From: a bacterium | Lineage (GTDB): Bacteria > Desulfobacterota_D > UBA1144 | Direction: 5' to 3' | Assembly (NCBI GenBank): GCA_002715585.2 | Contig: PAZJ02000009.1 | Location: 22,379 to 71,198 of the forward strand | DNA length: 48,820 bases | Shown here: positions 40,539-48,820 of the stretch, piece by piece | How the letters are laid out: every line of letters starts with the position of its first letter | Position numbering within the stretch: the first letter of the stretch is position 1 | Position numbers and translations under genes: made by a program | The notes under the pieces: model-generated | What the model was told of the DNA's origin: nothing | What the model saw: only the letters and a program-made list of their open reading frames with translations | Database searches by the model: none

Positions 40539-41184
40539 AGTCTTTCTTTTTTTTTCCAATTCTTCTTTCTAGTTCAGAAAATATTTCTTCAATTTTTATA
40601 TCATGATATGACAAAGCAACCATCATATGATAAAGCAAGTCAGTATATTCATATACAATATTGGCATGATCTTTAATCAGTGAGGCCTCTATTGATTCAT
40701 TAGATTCTTCCTTTATTTTATCTAAGATTTTATTCAATCCTTCTTTAAAAAGTGATGAAGTATATGAATTTTCCATACCCATATCTTTTTTTCTCTCTTC
40801 TATAATATTAAATACTTTATCCATAACACCGGTTTCTATTAAAGGTTTTTCATCTGAAATTTGATCAAGATCATTATGAAAGCATGATATTCTCATTGTG
40901 TGACAAGCTGGCCCCGCAGGTATAACTGTAAATAAAATAGAATCTCTGTCACAATCAACATATATATTTTTAATTTCTAAAGTATTTCCGGATTCTTCAC
41001 CTTTTCTCCATAACTTTTCTCTACTTCTACTCCAAAAATGAGCATAATTTGTTGATATCGTTTTATTTAATGATTCTTCATTTGAAAAAGCAAACATAAG
41101 AACATCTCCATTTAAATAGTTTTGCACTATTGTAGGAACAAGATTCTTTTCATTATATTTTATTTCGTTTATAATTGATTTCAT
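40519..41184 (-). CDS. hisIE: Bifunctional phosphoribosyl-AMP cyclohydrolase / phosphoribosyl-ATP pyrophosphatase
   Basis: 221 aa. The HisI part has LVPTIVQ...[19 protein letters not shown]...DCDRDSIL...CH. The HisE part has YTSSLF...KI.EE..E and LLYHMMVAL. Confidence 0.9.
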   Translation of the reverse strand: MKSIINEIKYNEKNLVPTIVQNYLNGDVLMFAFSNEESLNKTISTNYAHFWSRSREKLWRKGEESGNTLEIKNIYVDCDRDSILFTVIPAGPACHTMRISCFHNDLDQISDEKPLIETGVMDKVFNIIEERKKDMGMENSYTSSLFKEGLNKILDKIKEESNESIEASLIKDHANIVYEYTDLLYHMMVALSYHDIKIEEIFSELERRIGKKKKDYALDER

Positions 41185-41214
41185 ATTAAAAGAATATACT
41201 ACAAGGAAAATTAT

Positions 41215-41412
41215 ATGGCCAGAGTTACAATTGAAGATTGTTTAGAAAAAGTAACAAATAGATTTGAATTATCTGTTGCTGCTATGAAGAGAGCTAAATC
41301 TATTCATTCAGGATCACCTTCTTTATCTAAGGAAAAGAATAAGCCAGTTGTCTCCGCACTTAGAGAAATAGCTGAGGATAAAGTGGTTGCTGTAAAGAAA
41401 ATCTCTGAATAG
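41215..41412 (+). CDS. rpoZ: RNA polymerase omega subunit
   Basis: 65 aa. [30 protein letters not shown] is the canonical omega N-terminus. Confidence 0.9.
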   Translation: MARVTIEDCLEKVTNRFELSVAAMKRAKSIHSGSPSLSKEKNKPVVSALREIAEDKVVAVKKISE

Positions 41413-41423
41413 AAAAAATTTAA

Positions 41424-42008
41424 ATGAAGTTTATAGATTCCGCTAAGATTTTTTTTAAAAAAAATCCAGTGCCTACAAGAATTAAGAATAATGATTCAAT
41501 ATTCTCATCGATAGCTATTATTATTTCAGAGAATAGTGATGGTGAGGATGAAATGTTTTTTATAAAACGTGCTATTAGGAATAATGATCATTTCTCAGGA
41601 CATATGGCTTTTCCTGGCGGAGTTAAAGAGGAGTATGATAAAAGTCTTTTAGATACCGCAATTCGTGAGACCTTAGAAGAAGTAGGTATTGATTTAAATA
41701 AATCGACTGAATACCTTGGTACTTTTGACGACTATAAACCTGTAAATCCTGCAGCAAATAAATTTTTAGTATCTCCCCATGTTTTTCATCTAAAAAATAT
41801 TAAAACTAATATAAAAATGAATCCTGCAGAAGTTGAAGACACGGTCTGGATTCCATTAAAAATTTTAAAAGCTATGGTAAAAAGTAGTACTCGTGAAACA
41901 GTTAAGTTTAATAAAAATTACAAAGATCATGTTTTTAGATATAAAGGTTATAAGATTTGGGGGATGACAGGTAAAATACTGTATTATTTTTTAGAAAATA
42001 TTAAATAG
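41424..42008 (+). CDS. NUDIX hydrolase, CoA-pyrophosphatase-like
   Basis: 194 aa. The Nudix box is GGVKEEYDKSLLDTAIRETLEEVGI. It is preceded by KR...FSGHMAFPGG, which resembles the NudL/NUDT7 upstream motif. Confidence 0.75.
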   Translation: MKFIDSAKIFFKKNPVPTRIKNNDSIFSSIAIIISENSDGEDEMFFIKRAIRNNDHFSGHMAFPGGVKEEYDKSLLDTAIRETLEEVGIDLNKSTEYLGTFDDYKPVNPAANKFLVSPHVFHLKNIKTNIKMNPAEVEDTVWIPLKILKAMVKSSTRETVKFNKNYKDHVFRYKGYKIWGMTGKILYYFLENIK

Positions 42009-42049
42009 TTTTACTTTTACTTTAAACATTATGGTGATAAAATAGAAAA

Positions 42050-42469
42050 ATGGGCAGCGTGAATAAAGTTATTATATTAGGGAGACTTGGCGCTGACCCT
42101 GAATTGAAATATACTCAAGATCAAACACCTGTATCTAACTTCAGTGTGGCAACTTCAGTAAGTTATAAGAGTAAAAGCGGTGAAAAAGTTGATAAAACCT
42201 CCTGGCATAGATGTGTTGCGTGGAGGAAGACAGCAGAAGTAATAAACCAATATTTTAAAAAAGGTAACCAGATATATATTGAGGGATCGCTTGAATCTAG
42301 ATCTTATGAGGATCAAAATGGTGAAAAAAGATTCATAACAGAGGTTCTTGTTAATAACTTTCAATTTGTTGATTCTAAAGGGTCATCAAGTGATAATAAA
42401 ATGGGCGATGATAGTTTTTTAGATGATTTTGAGGTTGGAAATTCAAGTCCTGACGACGTACCATTTTAG
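42050..42469 (+). CDS. ssb: Single-stranded DNA-binding protein
   Basis: 139 aa. OB fold VNKVIILGRLGADPELKYT...TSWHRCVAW and an acidic tail ending DDVPF are present. Confidence 0.94.
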   Translation: MGSVNKVIILGRLGADPELKYTQDQTPVSNFSVATSVSYKSKSGEKVDKTSWHRCVAWRKTAEVINQYFKKGNQIYIEGSLESRSYEDQNGEKRFITEVLVNNFQFVDSKGSSSDNKMGDDSFLDDFEVGNSSPDDVPF

Positions 42470-42473
42470 TTAA

Positions 42474-43859
42474 ATGCCAAATAATATAAATATTATTGTT
42501 TTATGTGCCGGTAAAAGCTCAAGAATGGGTTTGAACATTCCAAAGGTTACATTAACAATTAACGGCGTTTCTTTAATTGAAAATACTCTAAAAAATTTAC
42601 AGAAATTAAACCCAGAAAAAATAATTCTTGTTGTTGGTTTCAAAAAAAATCTTGTAATCGAAGAAGTTAAAAAATTAAAATATAAAAACATAGAATTTAT
42701 TGAACAAAAAAAGCTTCTTGGTACAGGTGATGCAGTAAAGCCAGCAATTTCTAAATTGAATAAAAAGTCTCAAGTTATTGTTCTAAATGGTGATACGCCT
42801 TTTATAGAATATAAAACTTTAAGAAATGCAATCAAGAAGTTTATTAATAATAAAGGTGACTTTTTATTAACTACATCAAAACCTCTAAATCCATCAGGCT
42901 ATGGAAGAATAATCAGAAACTCTAAAGGGAATATTGTGCAAATTATAGAAGAAAAGAATTGTAGCATTGAAGATAAAAAAATAAATGAGGTGAATTCTGG
43001 ATTATATATTTTCAAAAAAGAATTATTACAATCATATATAAAAAAAGTGAAAAAAAACATCAAAGGTGAATATTATTTAACTGATTTAGTTGAGATTTTT
43101 TCAAAGAATAAAAAAAATATTATTTCAATATCTTCTAAAAATAATAACGAATTTTTTAATATCAATAGTTTTGATGACCTTGTCAGAGCTCATCATATAG
43201 ATAATAATATTTTCTTTGCAAATTGTATCAGAAACAACATTAAAATTTCTGATCCAAGTTCAGTAAATATATCTAAAAGTGTCAAACTTGGGCGTAACAT
43301 AACTATAGGCCCAAATGTATACATTCAAGGAGATTCAATTATTAGTGAGGATGTAAATATTTTAGGTAATTGCTATATTGAAAATTCATTAGTTGGAAAA
43401 AAGACTCTAATCAAACCATTTGTAAATATCTTAGATTCGAAAATTGGAAGTAATTGTCAAATAGGACCTTTTTCAAATATCAGACCTGATACTCATTTAT
43501 ACGATAATATTAAAATTGGTAATTTTGTAGAAATTAAAAAAAGTAAAATTAGAAATAATTCAAAAATACCACATCTTTCATATGTCGGGGATACTGAAAT
43601 GGGTTCTGGTGTTAATATTGGTGCTGGATCGATAACCTGTAATTACGACGGGTTTGATAAGCATAAAACGCTTATTGGAGACAATGTCTTTATTGGAAGC
43701 GATACCATGATGATTGCGCCAATTAAAATTGGGAAAGGTGCAACTACCGGTGCAGGAACAATTCTATCAGGAAATCTTGATGATAACTCTCTAGGAATTA
43801 CTAGGATAAAAGAAAAAAATATTCCTAATTGGAAAAGGAAGCCAAAGTTAAAAAAATAA
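42474..43859 (+). CDS. glmU: Bifunctional UDP-N-acetylglucosamine pyrophosphorylase / glucosamine-1-phosphate N-acetyltransferase
   Basis: 461 aa. N-terminal nucleotidyltransferase motif (LCAGKSSRM) and a C-terminal left-handed beta-helix with hexapeptide repeats are present. Confidence 0.92.
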   Translation: MPNNINIIVLCAGKSSRMGLNIPKVTLTINGVSLIENTLKNLQKLNPEKIILVVGFKKNLVIEEVKKLKYKNIEFIEQKKLLGTGDAVKPAISKLNKKSQVIVLNGDTPFIEYKTLRNAIKKFINNKGDFLLTTSKPLNPSGYGRIIRNSKGNIVQIIEEKNCSIEDKKINEVNSGLYIFKKELLQSYIKKVKKNIKGEYYLTDLVEIFSKNKKNIISISSKNNNEFFNINSFDDLVRAHHIDNNIFFANCIRNNIKISDPSSVNISKSVKLGRNITIGPNVYIQGDSIISEDVNILGNCYIENSLVGKKTLIKPFVNILDSKIGSNCQIGPFSNIRPDTHLYDNIKIGNFVEIKKSKIRNNSKIPHLSYVGDTEMGSGVNIGAGSITCNYDGFDKHKTLIGDNVFIGSDTMMIAPIKIGKGATTGAGTILSGNLDDNSLGITRIKEKNIPNWKRKPKLKK

Positions 43860-45644
43860 ATGTGTGGAATATATACTTCAATATCTAAAAAAGAAACATT
43901 ATGTTCTGAATTCTTAGTGTCTTTGAAAGAGCTTGAATATAGAGGTTATGATTCTGCGGGAATTACAATTCTTAATAAGAAGAATTATAAAACTTACAAA
44001 ACGCTTCAAAAAATTAGTGATCTTACAACAAAAATTCCTAAACTTAAGTCTTCTACTTTGATAATGGGACATACTCGATGGGCAACTCACGGGGAGCCAA
44101 ATTTAAAAAATTGTCATCCCCATGTATTAGGAAATTTATCAATTGTTCATAATGGAGTAGTAGAGAATTATGAAGAAATTAAAAATAGTAAATATTTGAA
44201 AAAAATTAAATTAAAAACAGAAACTGATACTGAAGTTATTTTACAACTAATTAAATTCTTTAATTATTCTAATCCATTTATTAACTCAATATTAAAAACA
44301 TTCAGTATCGTTAAAGGTTCAAACGCTTTTATTTGCTCTAAAATATCCAATAATTCTAATGAAGTAATTGCATGTAAATACAATACGCCTTTGTATTATG
44401 GGCAGAAATTAAACGGTGATAATATTTTCTCATCCGATATAAACGCTATGAAAAAGTCACTTAAAGGCTATAGATATATCGAAAATGATGAATTTATTCA
44501 TATTCAAGATAATAAGCCGAAAATATTTTGTATAAATAAAAAAAGAAAAAAATTAATATTAAAAAAAATAGAAAATATCGATCAAAAAATTAATAAGAAA
44601 ATCAAAAAAAATATTACATATAATGAAATAAAAGAACAAAAAAAATTAATAAGTAATCATACTTTTAGAGTTGATAATATTAGGAATATAATAAAAAAGA
44701 TTCCTAAGCCTAAAGAGATAGTCATAATCGGATGTGGATCATCATATAACGCAGGTCTATTAGGTAAGATATTTTTCGAGGAAAATACCGACATACCAAC
44801 GTCTGTTTATAGACCTTCAGAATTTAATTATTTTTCAAATAATAAGAAAAAACTTTTTATATTTATGTCTCAAAGCGGAGAAACCGCAGACGTTTGTACG
44901 CTTCTGGAATCAAACAGAGATTTTTTTAAGAATTCTTTATCTCTAGTAAATAATAATGATTCCAGATTAGTTAGAGAGTCAAAAAATTCTATTAATCTTG
45001 CAGTTGGAATAGAACAGGGTGTTGCAGCTACAAAAACTTTTTCATCTCAGATTATTACTTTAAATATAATTTCAAAACTTTTTAATAAAAAGAAAGATAA
45101 AGAAAATATTTTATTACCAAAAATATCTCTTTTAAATAAAGTTTTTAAACTGGAAAAAAATATAAGAGAAATAGCAAAAAAATTTTATAAAAATAAAAAT
45201 TTCTTTGTTTTGGGAAGAAATTATAATTTTCCAATTGCTACAGAAGCAGCTTTAAAAATAAAAGAAATAGCTTACATTCATGCTGAAGGTGCTCTATCAT
45301 CAGAAATTAAACACGGCCCCATCGCACTCTTTGATAAGAATTTTCCTGTTGTTTTATTGATTTCAAATAAAGTTGAAACTGTTCATAGCGAAATTGCTAG
45401 TCTAAATGAAATAGTATCTAGGACCAAAAATGTTTTAGTCATTGCGCCTGGGAAAGTAATAAATAAATTGAACCCAAAAATTAGATCAAAATTAGAAACA
45501 ATATCGGTGCCTGAAAGTCAAGATGACATAATTCCTATTTCTTACTTGATAGTTTTACAACTATTCTCATATCATTTAGCAAAATTTAAAAAGTTGCCAA
45601 TAGATCAGCCTAGAAATTTAGCTAAGGTTGTTACTGTGGAGTAA
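43860..45644 (+). CDS. glmS: Glutamine--fructose-6-phosphate aminotransferase
   Basis: 594 aa. N-terminal MCGI (Ntn Cys), GHTRWATHG, two SIS domains and the C-terminus ...VTVE are present. The start directly abuts the glmU stop. Confidence 0.94.
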   Translation: MCGIYTSISKKETLCSEFLVSLKELEYRGYDSAGITILNKKNYKTYKTLQKISDLTTKIPKLKSSTLIMGHTRWATHGEPNLKNCHPHVLGNLSIVHNGVVENYEEIKNSKYLKKIKLKTETDTEVILQLIKFFNYSNPFINSILKTFSIVKGSNAFICSKISNNSNEVIACKYNTPLYYGQKLNGDNIFSSDINAMKKSLKGYRYIENDEFIHIQDNKPKIFCINKKRKKLILKKIENIDQKINKKIKKNITYNEIKEQKKLISNHTFRVDNIRNIIKKIPKPKEIVIIGCGSSYNAGLLGKIFFEENTDIPTSVYRPSEFNYFSNNKKKLFIFMSQSGETADVCTLLESNRDFFKNSLSLVNNNDSRLVRESKNSINLAVGIEQGVAATKTFSSQIITLNIISKLFNKKKDKENILLPKISLLNKVFKLEKNIREIAKKFYKNKNFFVLGRNYNFPIATEAALKIKEIAYIHAEGALSSEIKHGPIALFDKNFPVVLLISNKVETVHSEIASLNEIVSRTKNVLVIAPGKVINKLNPKIRSKLETISVPESQDDIIPISYLIVLQLFSYHLAKFKKLPIDQPRNLAKVVTVE

Positions 45645-45673
45645 AGGGTTATTTAATTTCCAATAAAAATTGA

Positions 45674-45838
45674 TTATTTTTTATAAATATAGGATAGATT
45701 CACGATTGGCGCTAAAAACCAAACTGATGTTGAAGTCCATAGGATCCAACTTTTAGGCAAACCATGACTAATAAAAAATCCGGCGCACATTATTAATAAC
45801 AATACATTCATTGAAATTGCTAATTTTTTTATGTTCAT
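45674..45838 (-). CDS. Unannotated small hydrophobic protein, 54 aa (below the ORF-track cutoff)
   Basis: My hand translation of the minus strand gives MNIKKLAISMNVLLLIMCAGFFISHGLPKSWILWTSTSVWFLAPIVNLSYIYKK*. It has an ATG start with a canonical AAGGAG SD (complement of 45846-45851) 7 nt upstream. Two hydrophobic stretches are visible. Confidence 0.55.
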   Translation of the reverse strand: MNIKKLAISMNVLLLIMCAGFFISHGLPKSWILWTSTSVWFLAPIVNLSYIYKK

Positions 45839-45997
45839 TATTGTTCTCCTTATTTAATACAATTAATTAAATAATCTTAATTCTTAATATGTAAATATAG
45901 CTAATTTAGAGTGAAATATATTCTTATGGAATAAAGTATTGTCATTTTTACTATTTAGGGTACATTCATCTTTAACTTAATTAGGGAGGTCTTTTAC

Positions 45998-46753
45998 ATG
46001 TCAAAGTATGTAAATTACTTTTTACTTTCCGCAATTATAGCTTGCATGCCATTAGTATCATATGCTGGTTCTAATTTAGCCCCGGATGATGCAGTAGGTA
46101 TATCCTTCTGGATCATATCAGTTGCAATGGTTGCCGCAACAGCGTTCTTTTTCCTTGAATCTTTAAGAGTTACAGGGAAATTTAGGACATCATTGGTTGT
46201 TGGCGGTCTTATTTGTTTGGTTGCAGGCGTTCACTATTTTTACATGAGAGAAGTATGGGCATCTACAGGTACATCTCCAACGGTATTTAGATACGTTGAT
46301 TGGATTGTAACTGTTCCATTACAGATGGTTGAGTTCTACCTTATTCTTGCTGCCGTTACTGCAGTTTCTATGGGAGTCTTTTGGAGACTATTAATAGGTA
46401 CTGTTGTTATGGTTGTAGCAGGTTATATGGGTGAAGCTGGTTTTATCAATACAACAATTGGTTTTGTTGTAGGTATGGCTGGTTGGGCTTATATTCTGTA
46501 TGAGATCTTCTCTGGAGAAGCAAGTAAAAGTGCTGCAAATGCTAAACCTTCGGTTCAGTCAGCTTTCAATACAATGAAATGGATTGTTACTATAGGCTGG
46601 GCAATTTATCCTCTAGGGTATTTTCTTGGATATTTAGCTGGTGGCACTGATGAAGCTACTCTTAATATAGTTTATAACGTTGCAGATTTTATAAATAAAA
46701 TCGGTTTTTGTTTAGCAATATGGGCTGCTGCTACAACTGAAGTTGATGCTTAA
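45998..46753 (+). CDS. Proteorhodopsin, DTE-motif proton pump, blue-absorbing variant (Gln at the tuning position)
   Basis: 251 aa and collinear with classical green proteorhodopsin. SPTVFRYVDWIVTVPLQMVEFYLIL gives D97/T101/E108 equivalents with Q at position 105. H75 equivalent is in VHYFYMREVW, and the retinal Lys is in ADFINKIGF. An N-terminal signal peptide is present, and SD AGGGAGG lies 8 nt upstream. Confidence 0.93.
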   Translation: MSKYVNYFLLSAIIACMPLVSYAGSNLAPDDAVGISFWIISVAMVAATAFFFLESLRVTGKFRTSLVVGGLICLVAGVHYFYMREVWASTGTSPTVFRYVDWIVTVPLQMVEFYLILAAVTAVSMGVFWRLLIGTVVMVVAGYMGEAGFINTTIGFVVGMAGWAYILYEIFSGEASKSAANAKPSVQSAFNTMKWIVTIGWAIYPLGYFLGYLAGGTDEATLNIVYNVADFINKIGFCLAIWAAATTEVDA

Positions 46754-46760
46754 AAATTCT

Positions 46761-46794
46761 AGGGCTTATGCTTATTGTATAAGCCCTTTCTTTT
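46761..46794 (+). terminator. Rho-independent terminator/attenuator between proteorhodopsin and crtI
   Basis: Perfect 9-bp stem AGGGCTTAT (46761-46769) / ATAAGCCCT (46779-46787) with a 9-nt loop, followed by TTCTTTT. It starts 8 nt after the opsin stop and ends 6 nt before the crtI ATG. Confidence 0.7.
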
Positions 46795-46800
46795 AGTTAA

Positions 46801-48291
46801 ATGGACAATATCAAAACTCTAGTTGTAGGTGGTGGATTTGGTGGAATTGCTGCAGCTTTAAGATGTAAAGCTATGGGCCATAACGTAACAATAATTGACA
46901 AATTATCTAAACTAGGCGGAAGAGCGCAGGTTATTGAAAGAAATGGATATAAATATGATACAGGCCCAACAGTTATAACTGCACCTTTTTTATTCGAGGA
47001 ATTATTTAATTTATTTAATGAAAAACTTAGTGATCATTTAGAATTTAAACCTTTAGACCCTTGGTATAGATTTCATTTTCATGATTCAACAACATTTGAT
47101 TATTCATCTACTATAGAAGAAACAAAAAAAGAGATATCAAAATTTTCTCTAGAGGATGCAGAATCATATGATAATTTATTAAAAGAGTCAGAAAAAATAT
47201 TTGATATTGGCTTTACAAAACTTTCTGACCAACCGTTTACCTCATTTTGGATGATGATTAAGCAAATACCTTATTTGTTAAAACTTAAAAGTTATGAAAG
47301 CGTCTCCAAGATGGTATCAAGACATATTAAAAATAAAAATATAAGATCAGCATTTTCTATTCATCCATTGTTGGTTGGAGGAAATCCCTATACGACAACA
47401 TCAATTTACTCATTAATTCATTTCCTTGAAAGAAAATGGGGTGTATTTTTCTGTATGGGTGGAACTGGAAAACTAGTTGAAGAGCTGACTAATCTTATGA
47501 GAAGAAACGATATTAATATAGAAACGAATAAAAATTTAAAATCAGTTGAGCATAAAGATTCCGTTGCTTATAAAGCAATCACTGATTGTGGGAAGGAATA
47601 TAAATTTGATAATTTAGTTTTTAATGGCGATCCACCTGTTTTTTATAAAGAAATTCTTAAACCAGCTTCAAGAAATTTTCTTAATCCCATTTTTCCCGCA
47701 AAGTCTCTATCATATTCCATGGGACTATTTGTTCTATTTTTTGGAACTAAAACTAGATATGAAGAAATTGCACACCATACTATATGGTTAACTGAACGGT
47801 TTAAAGATCTATTGCACGACATTTTTGAAAAAAGGATAATAACTAAAGATTTTTCTTTATATCTTCATAGGCCTACAGCTACCGACAAATCCTTTGCGCC
47901 AGATGGACATGATAGTTTTTATGTTCTTTGCCCTGTTCCAAATTTAAAAAATAATATTGACTGGTCAGTTCATGGAGAAAAATTAAAAGAACAAATAATT
48001 ACTGAGTTAGAAAAAACTATAATGCCAAATTTGCGTAATCATATTGAGGATATTTCTTATATGACTCCAAAAGATTTTGAAAATAATTATAGGTCAATGT
48101 ATGGAGCAGGATTTTCTATTGCCCCAAAATTTACACAATCGGCATGGTTTCGATATCATAACGAAGATGATAATATTCCTAATATTTTTTTTTCAGCTGC
48201 TGGGTCTCATCCGGGTGCAGGTTTACCAGGCGTCTTATCCTCAGCAAAAGTTGTCGAAAATATATTAAAGAAGAGATATGGAGTTAAATAA
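46801..48291 (+). CDS. crtI: Phytoene desaturase
   Basis: 496 aa. N-terminal FAD fold VVGGGFGGIAAALR and the C-terminal FSAAGSHPGAGLPGVLSSAK typical of CrtI are present. Confidence 0.9.
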   Translation: MDNIKTLVVGGGFGGIAAALRCKAMGHNVTIIDKLSKLGGRAQVIERNGYKYDTGPTVITAPFLFEELFNLFNEKLSDHLEFKPLDPWYRFHFHDSTTFDYSSTIEETKKEISKFSLEDAESYDNLLKESEKIFDIGFTKLSDQPFTSFWMMIKQIPYLLKLKSYESVSKMVSRHIKNKNIRSAFSIHPLLVGGNPYTTTSIYSLIHFLERKWGVFFCMGGTGKLVEELTNLMRRNDINIETNKNLKSVEHKDSVAYKAITDCGKEYKFDNLVFNGDPPVFYKEILKPASRNFLNPIFPAKSLSYSMGLFVLFFGTKTRYEEIAHHTIWLTERFKDLLHDIFEKRIITKDFSLYLHRPTATDKSFAPDGHDSFYVLCPVPNLKNNIDWSVHGEKLKEQIITELEKTIMPNLRNHIEDISYMTPKDFENNYRSMYGAGFSIAPKFTQSAWFRYHNEDDNIPNIFFSAAGSHPGAGLPGVLSSAKVVENILKKRYGVK

Positions 48292-48820
48292 TAAAACTGA
48301 ATCACTAAAAGAAAACGGGAAGACCTTCTATTGGGCTTCCAAGTTAATAGATAAAAAAAAATTCAATGATATTTCTGAACTTTATTATATTTTGCGTGAT
48401 TTAGATGACATTGCTGACAATGAAAAAAATGAAAAAAATATATTTGAGGATATAAAGAGATATTTAGAAAACGAGGTTTCTGAATTTATCGATATGAGAA
48501 TGGATAAACATCTGGATTTTATAAACTCTTTAAAATCTGATATTAATGCAAAGAAAGTATTTTTAACTTTTATTGATGGTTTAATATTCGATCAGAAAAG
48601 TAATATTGAAATTAAAAATACTGATGAATTAATAAATTATTGTTATAAAGTCGCAGGAACAGTAGGAATTATGATGTGTCCTATTTTGGGAGCTGATAAT
48701 GACAAGGCAAAAGGTTATGCTGCTGATTTGGGTATTGCAATGCAGCTAACTAATATATCTCGAGATGTATTTGAGGATGCATGCTCTAATAGAAAATATT
48801 TACCATCAGATATATGTGAA
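48278..48820 (+). CDS. crtB: Phytoene synthase, 5' part (runs off the right edge)
   Basis: Hand-translated frame from ATG 48278, open to the window end: MELNNKTESLKENGKTFYWASKLI...YILRDLDDIAD...YCYKVAGTVGIMMCPILG...LGIAMQLTNISRDVFEDA. These are squalene/phytoene synthase signatures. It overlaps crtI by 14 nt and is not in the ORF track because no stop lies in the window. Confidence 0.85.
   Translation, partial: MELNNKTESLKENGKTFYWASKLIDKKKFNDISELYYILRDLDDIADNEKNEKNIFEDIKRYLENEVSEFIDMRMDKHLDFINSLKSDINAKKVFLTFIDGLIFDQKSNIEIKNTDELINYCYKVAGTVGIMMCPILGADNDKAKGYAADLGIAMQLTNISRDVFEDACSNRKYLPSDICE

Noticed and set aside
43857-43862. A glmS ribozyme or leader upstream of glmS was considered.
   Set aside because: The glmS ATG follows the glmU stop with no spacer, so there is no room for a ribozyme.
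44521-44650. A long A-rich, quasi-repetitive stretch could be a simple repeat or a slippery tract.
   Set aside because: It is in frame within glmS and encodes a Lys-rich linker (INKKRKKLILKKIENIDQKINKKIKKN) between the glutaminase and isomerase domains. There is no frame disruption.

Overview
This is a visibly AT-rich and extremely compact chromosomal segment (GC not computed). By my tally only about 950 of 48,820 nt lie outside called genes, and many neighbouring genes overlap by 1 or 4 nt. The host looks like a streamlined marine diderm bacterium. BamA, Skp and LolCD are present, RpoB and RpoC carry proteobacterial-style insertions, and the gene order is tRNA-Thr/Tyr/Gly/Thr, rpmG, tRNA-Trp, secE, nusG, rplKAJL, rpoBC. 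I cannot assign a lineage from sequence alone.

Nearly everything is core housekeeping:
- Glycolysis and stringent response: apgM, gmk, spoT.
- Secretion and envelope: lepB, lolC-lolD-bamA-skp-fabZ.
- Nucleotide synthesis: pyrB-pyrC, purL-purF.
- Translation and RNA modification: lysS, valS, aspS, mnmA, mtaB, era, six tRNAs.
- Ribosomal protein and RNA polymerase operon.
- Others: hisIE, rpoZ, a NUDIX hydrolase, ssb, glmU-glmS.

The right end carries a light-harvesting module. It has a blue-tuned DTE-type proteorhodopsin followed by crtI and a crtB truncated by the window edge. A hairpin terminator sits between the opsin and the carotenoid genes.

I see no CRISPR array, transposase, integrase, prophage or recognisable defence genes. 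I cannot honestly point to a clear new multi-gene system. The most unexplained items are:
- A tandem pair of diverged FmdB-like zinc-ribbon paralogs (39.2-40.3 kb), each with a large insert of equal length between the two zinc knuckles, plus an adjacent orphan small ORF.
- An unannotated 54-codon membrane ORF with a canonical Shine-Dalgarno, divergent from the proteorhodopsin gene.
- tRNA genes that abut (apgM/tRNA-Leu) or overlap (rpmG/tRNA-Trp) the stop codon of the upstream gene.
- Convergent gene pairs with zero or negative spacing and no room for terminators.
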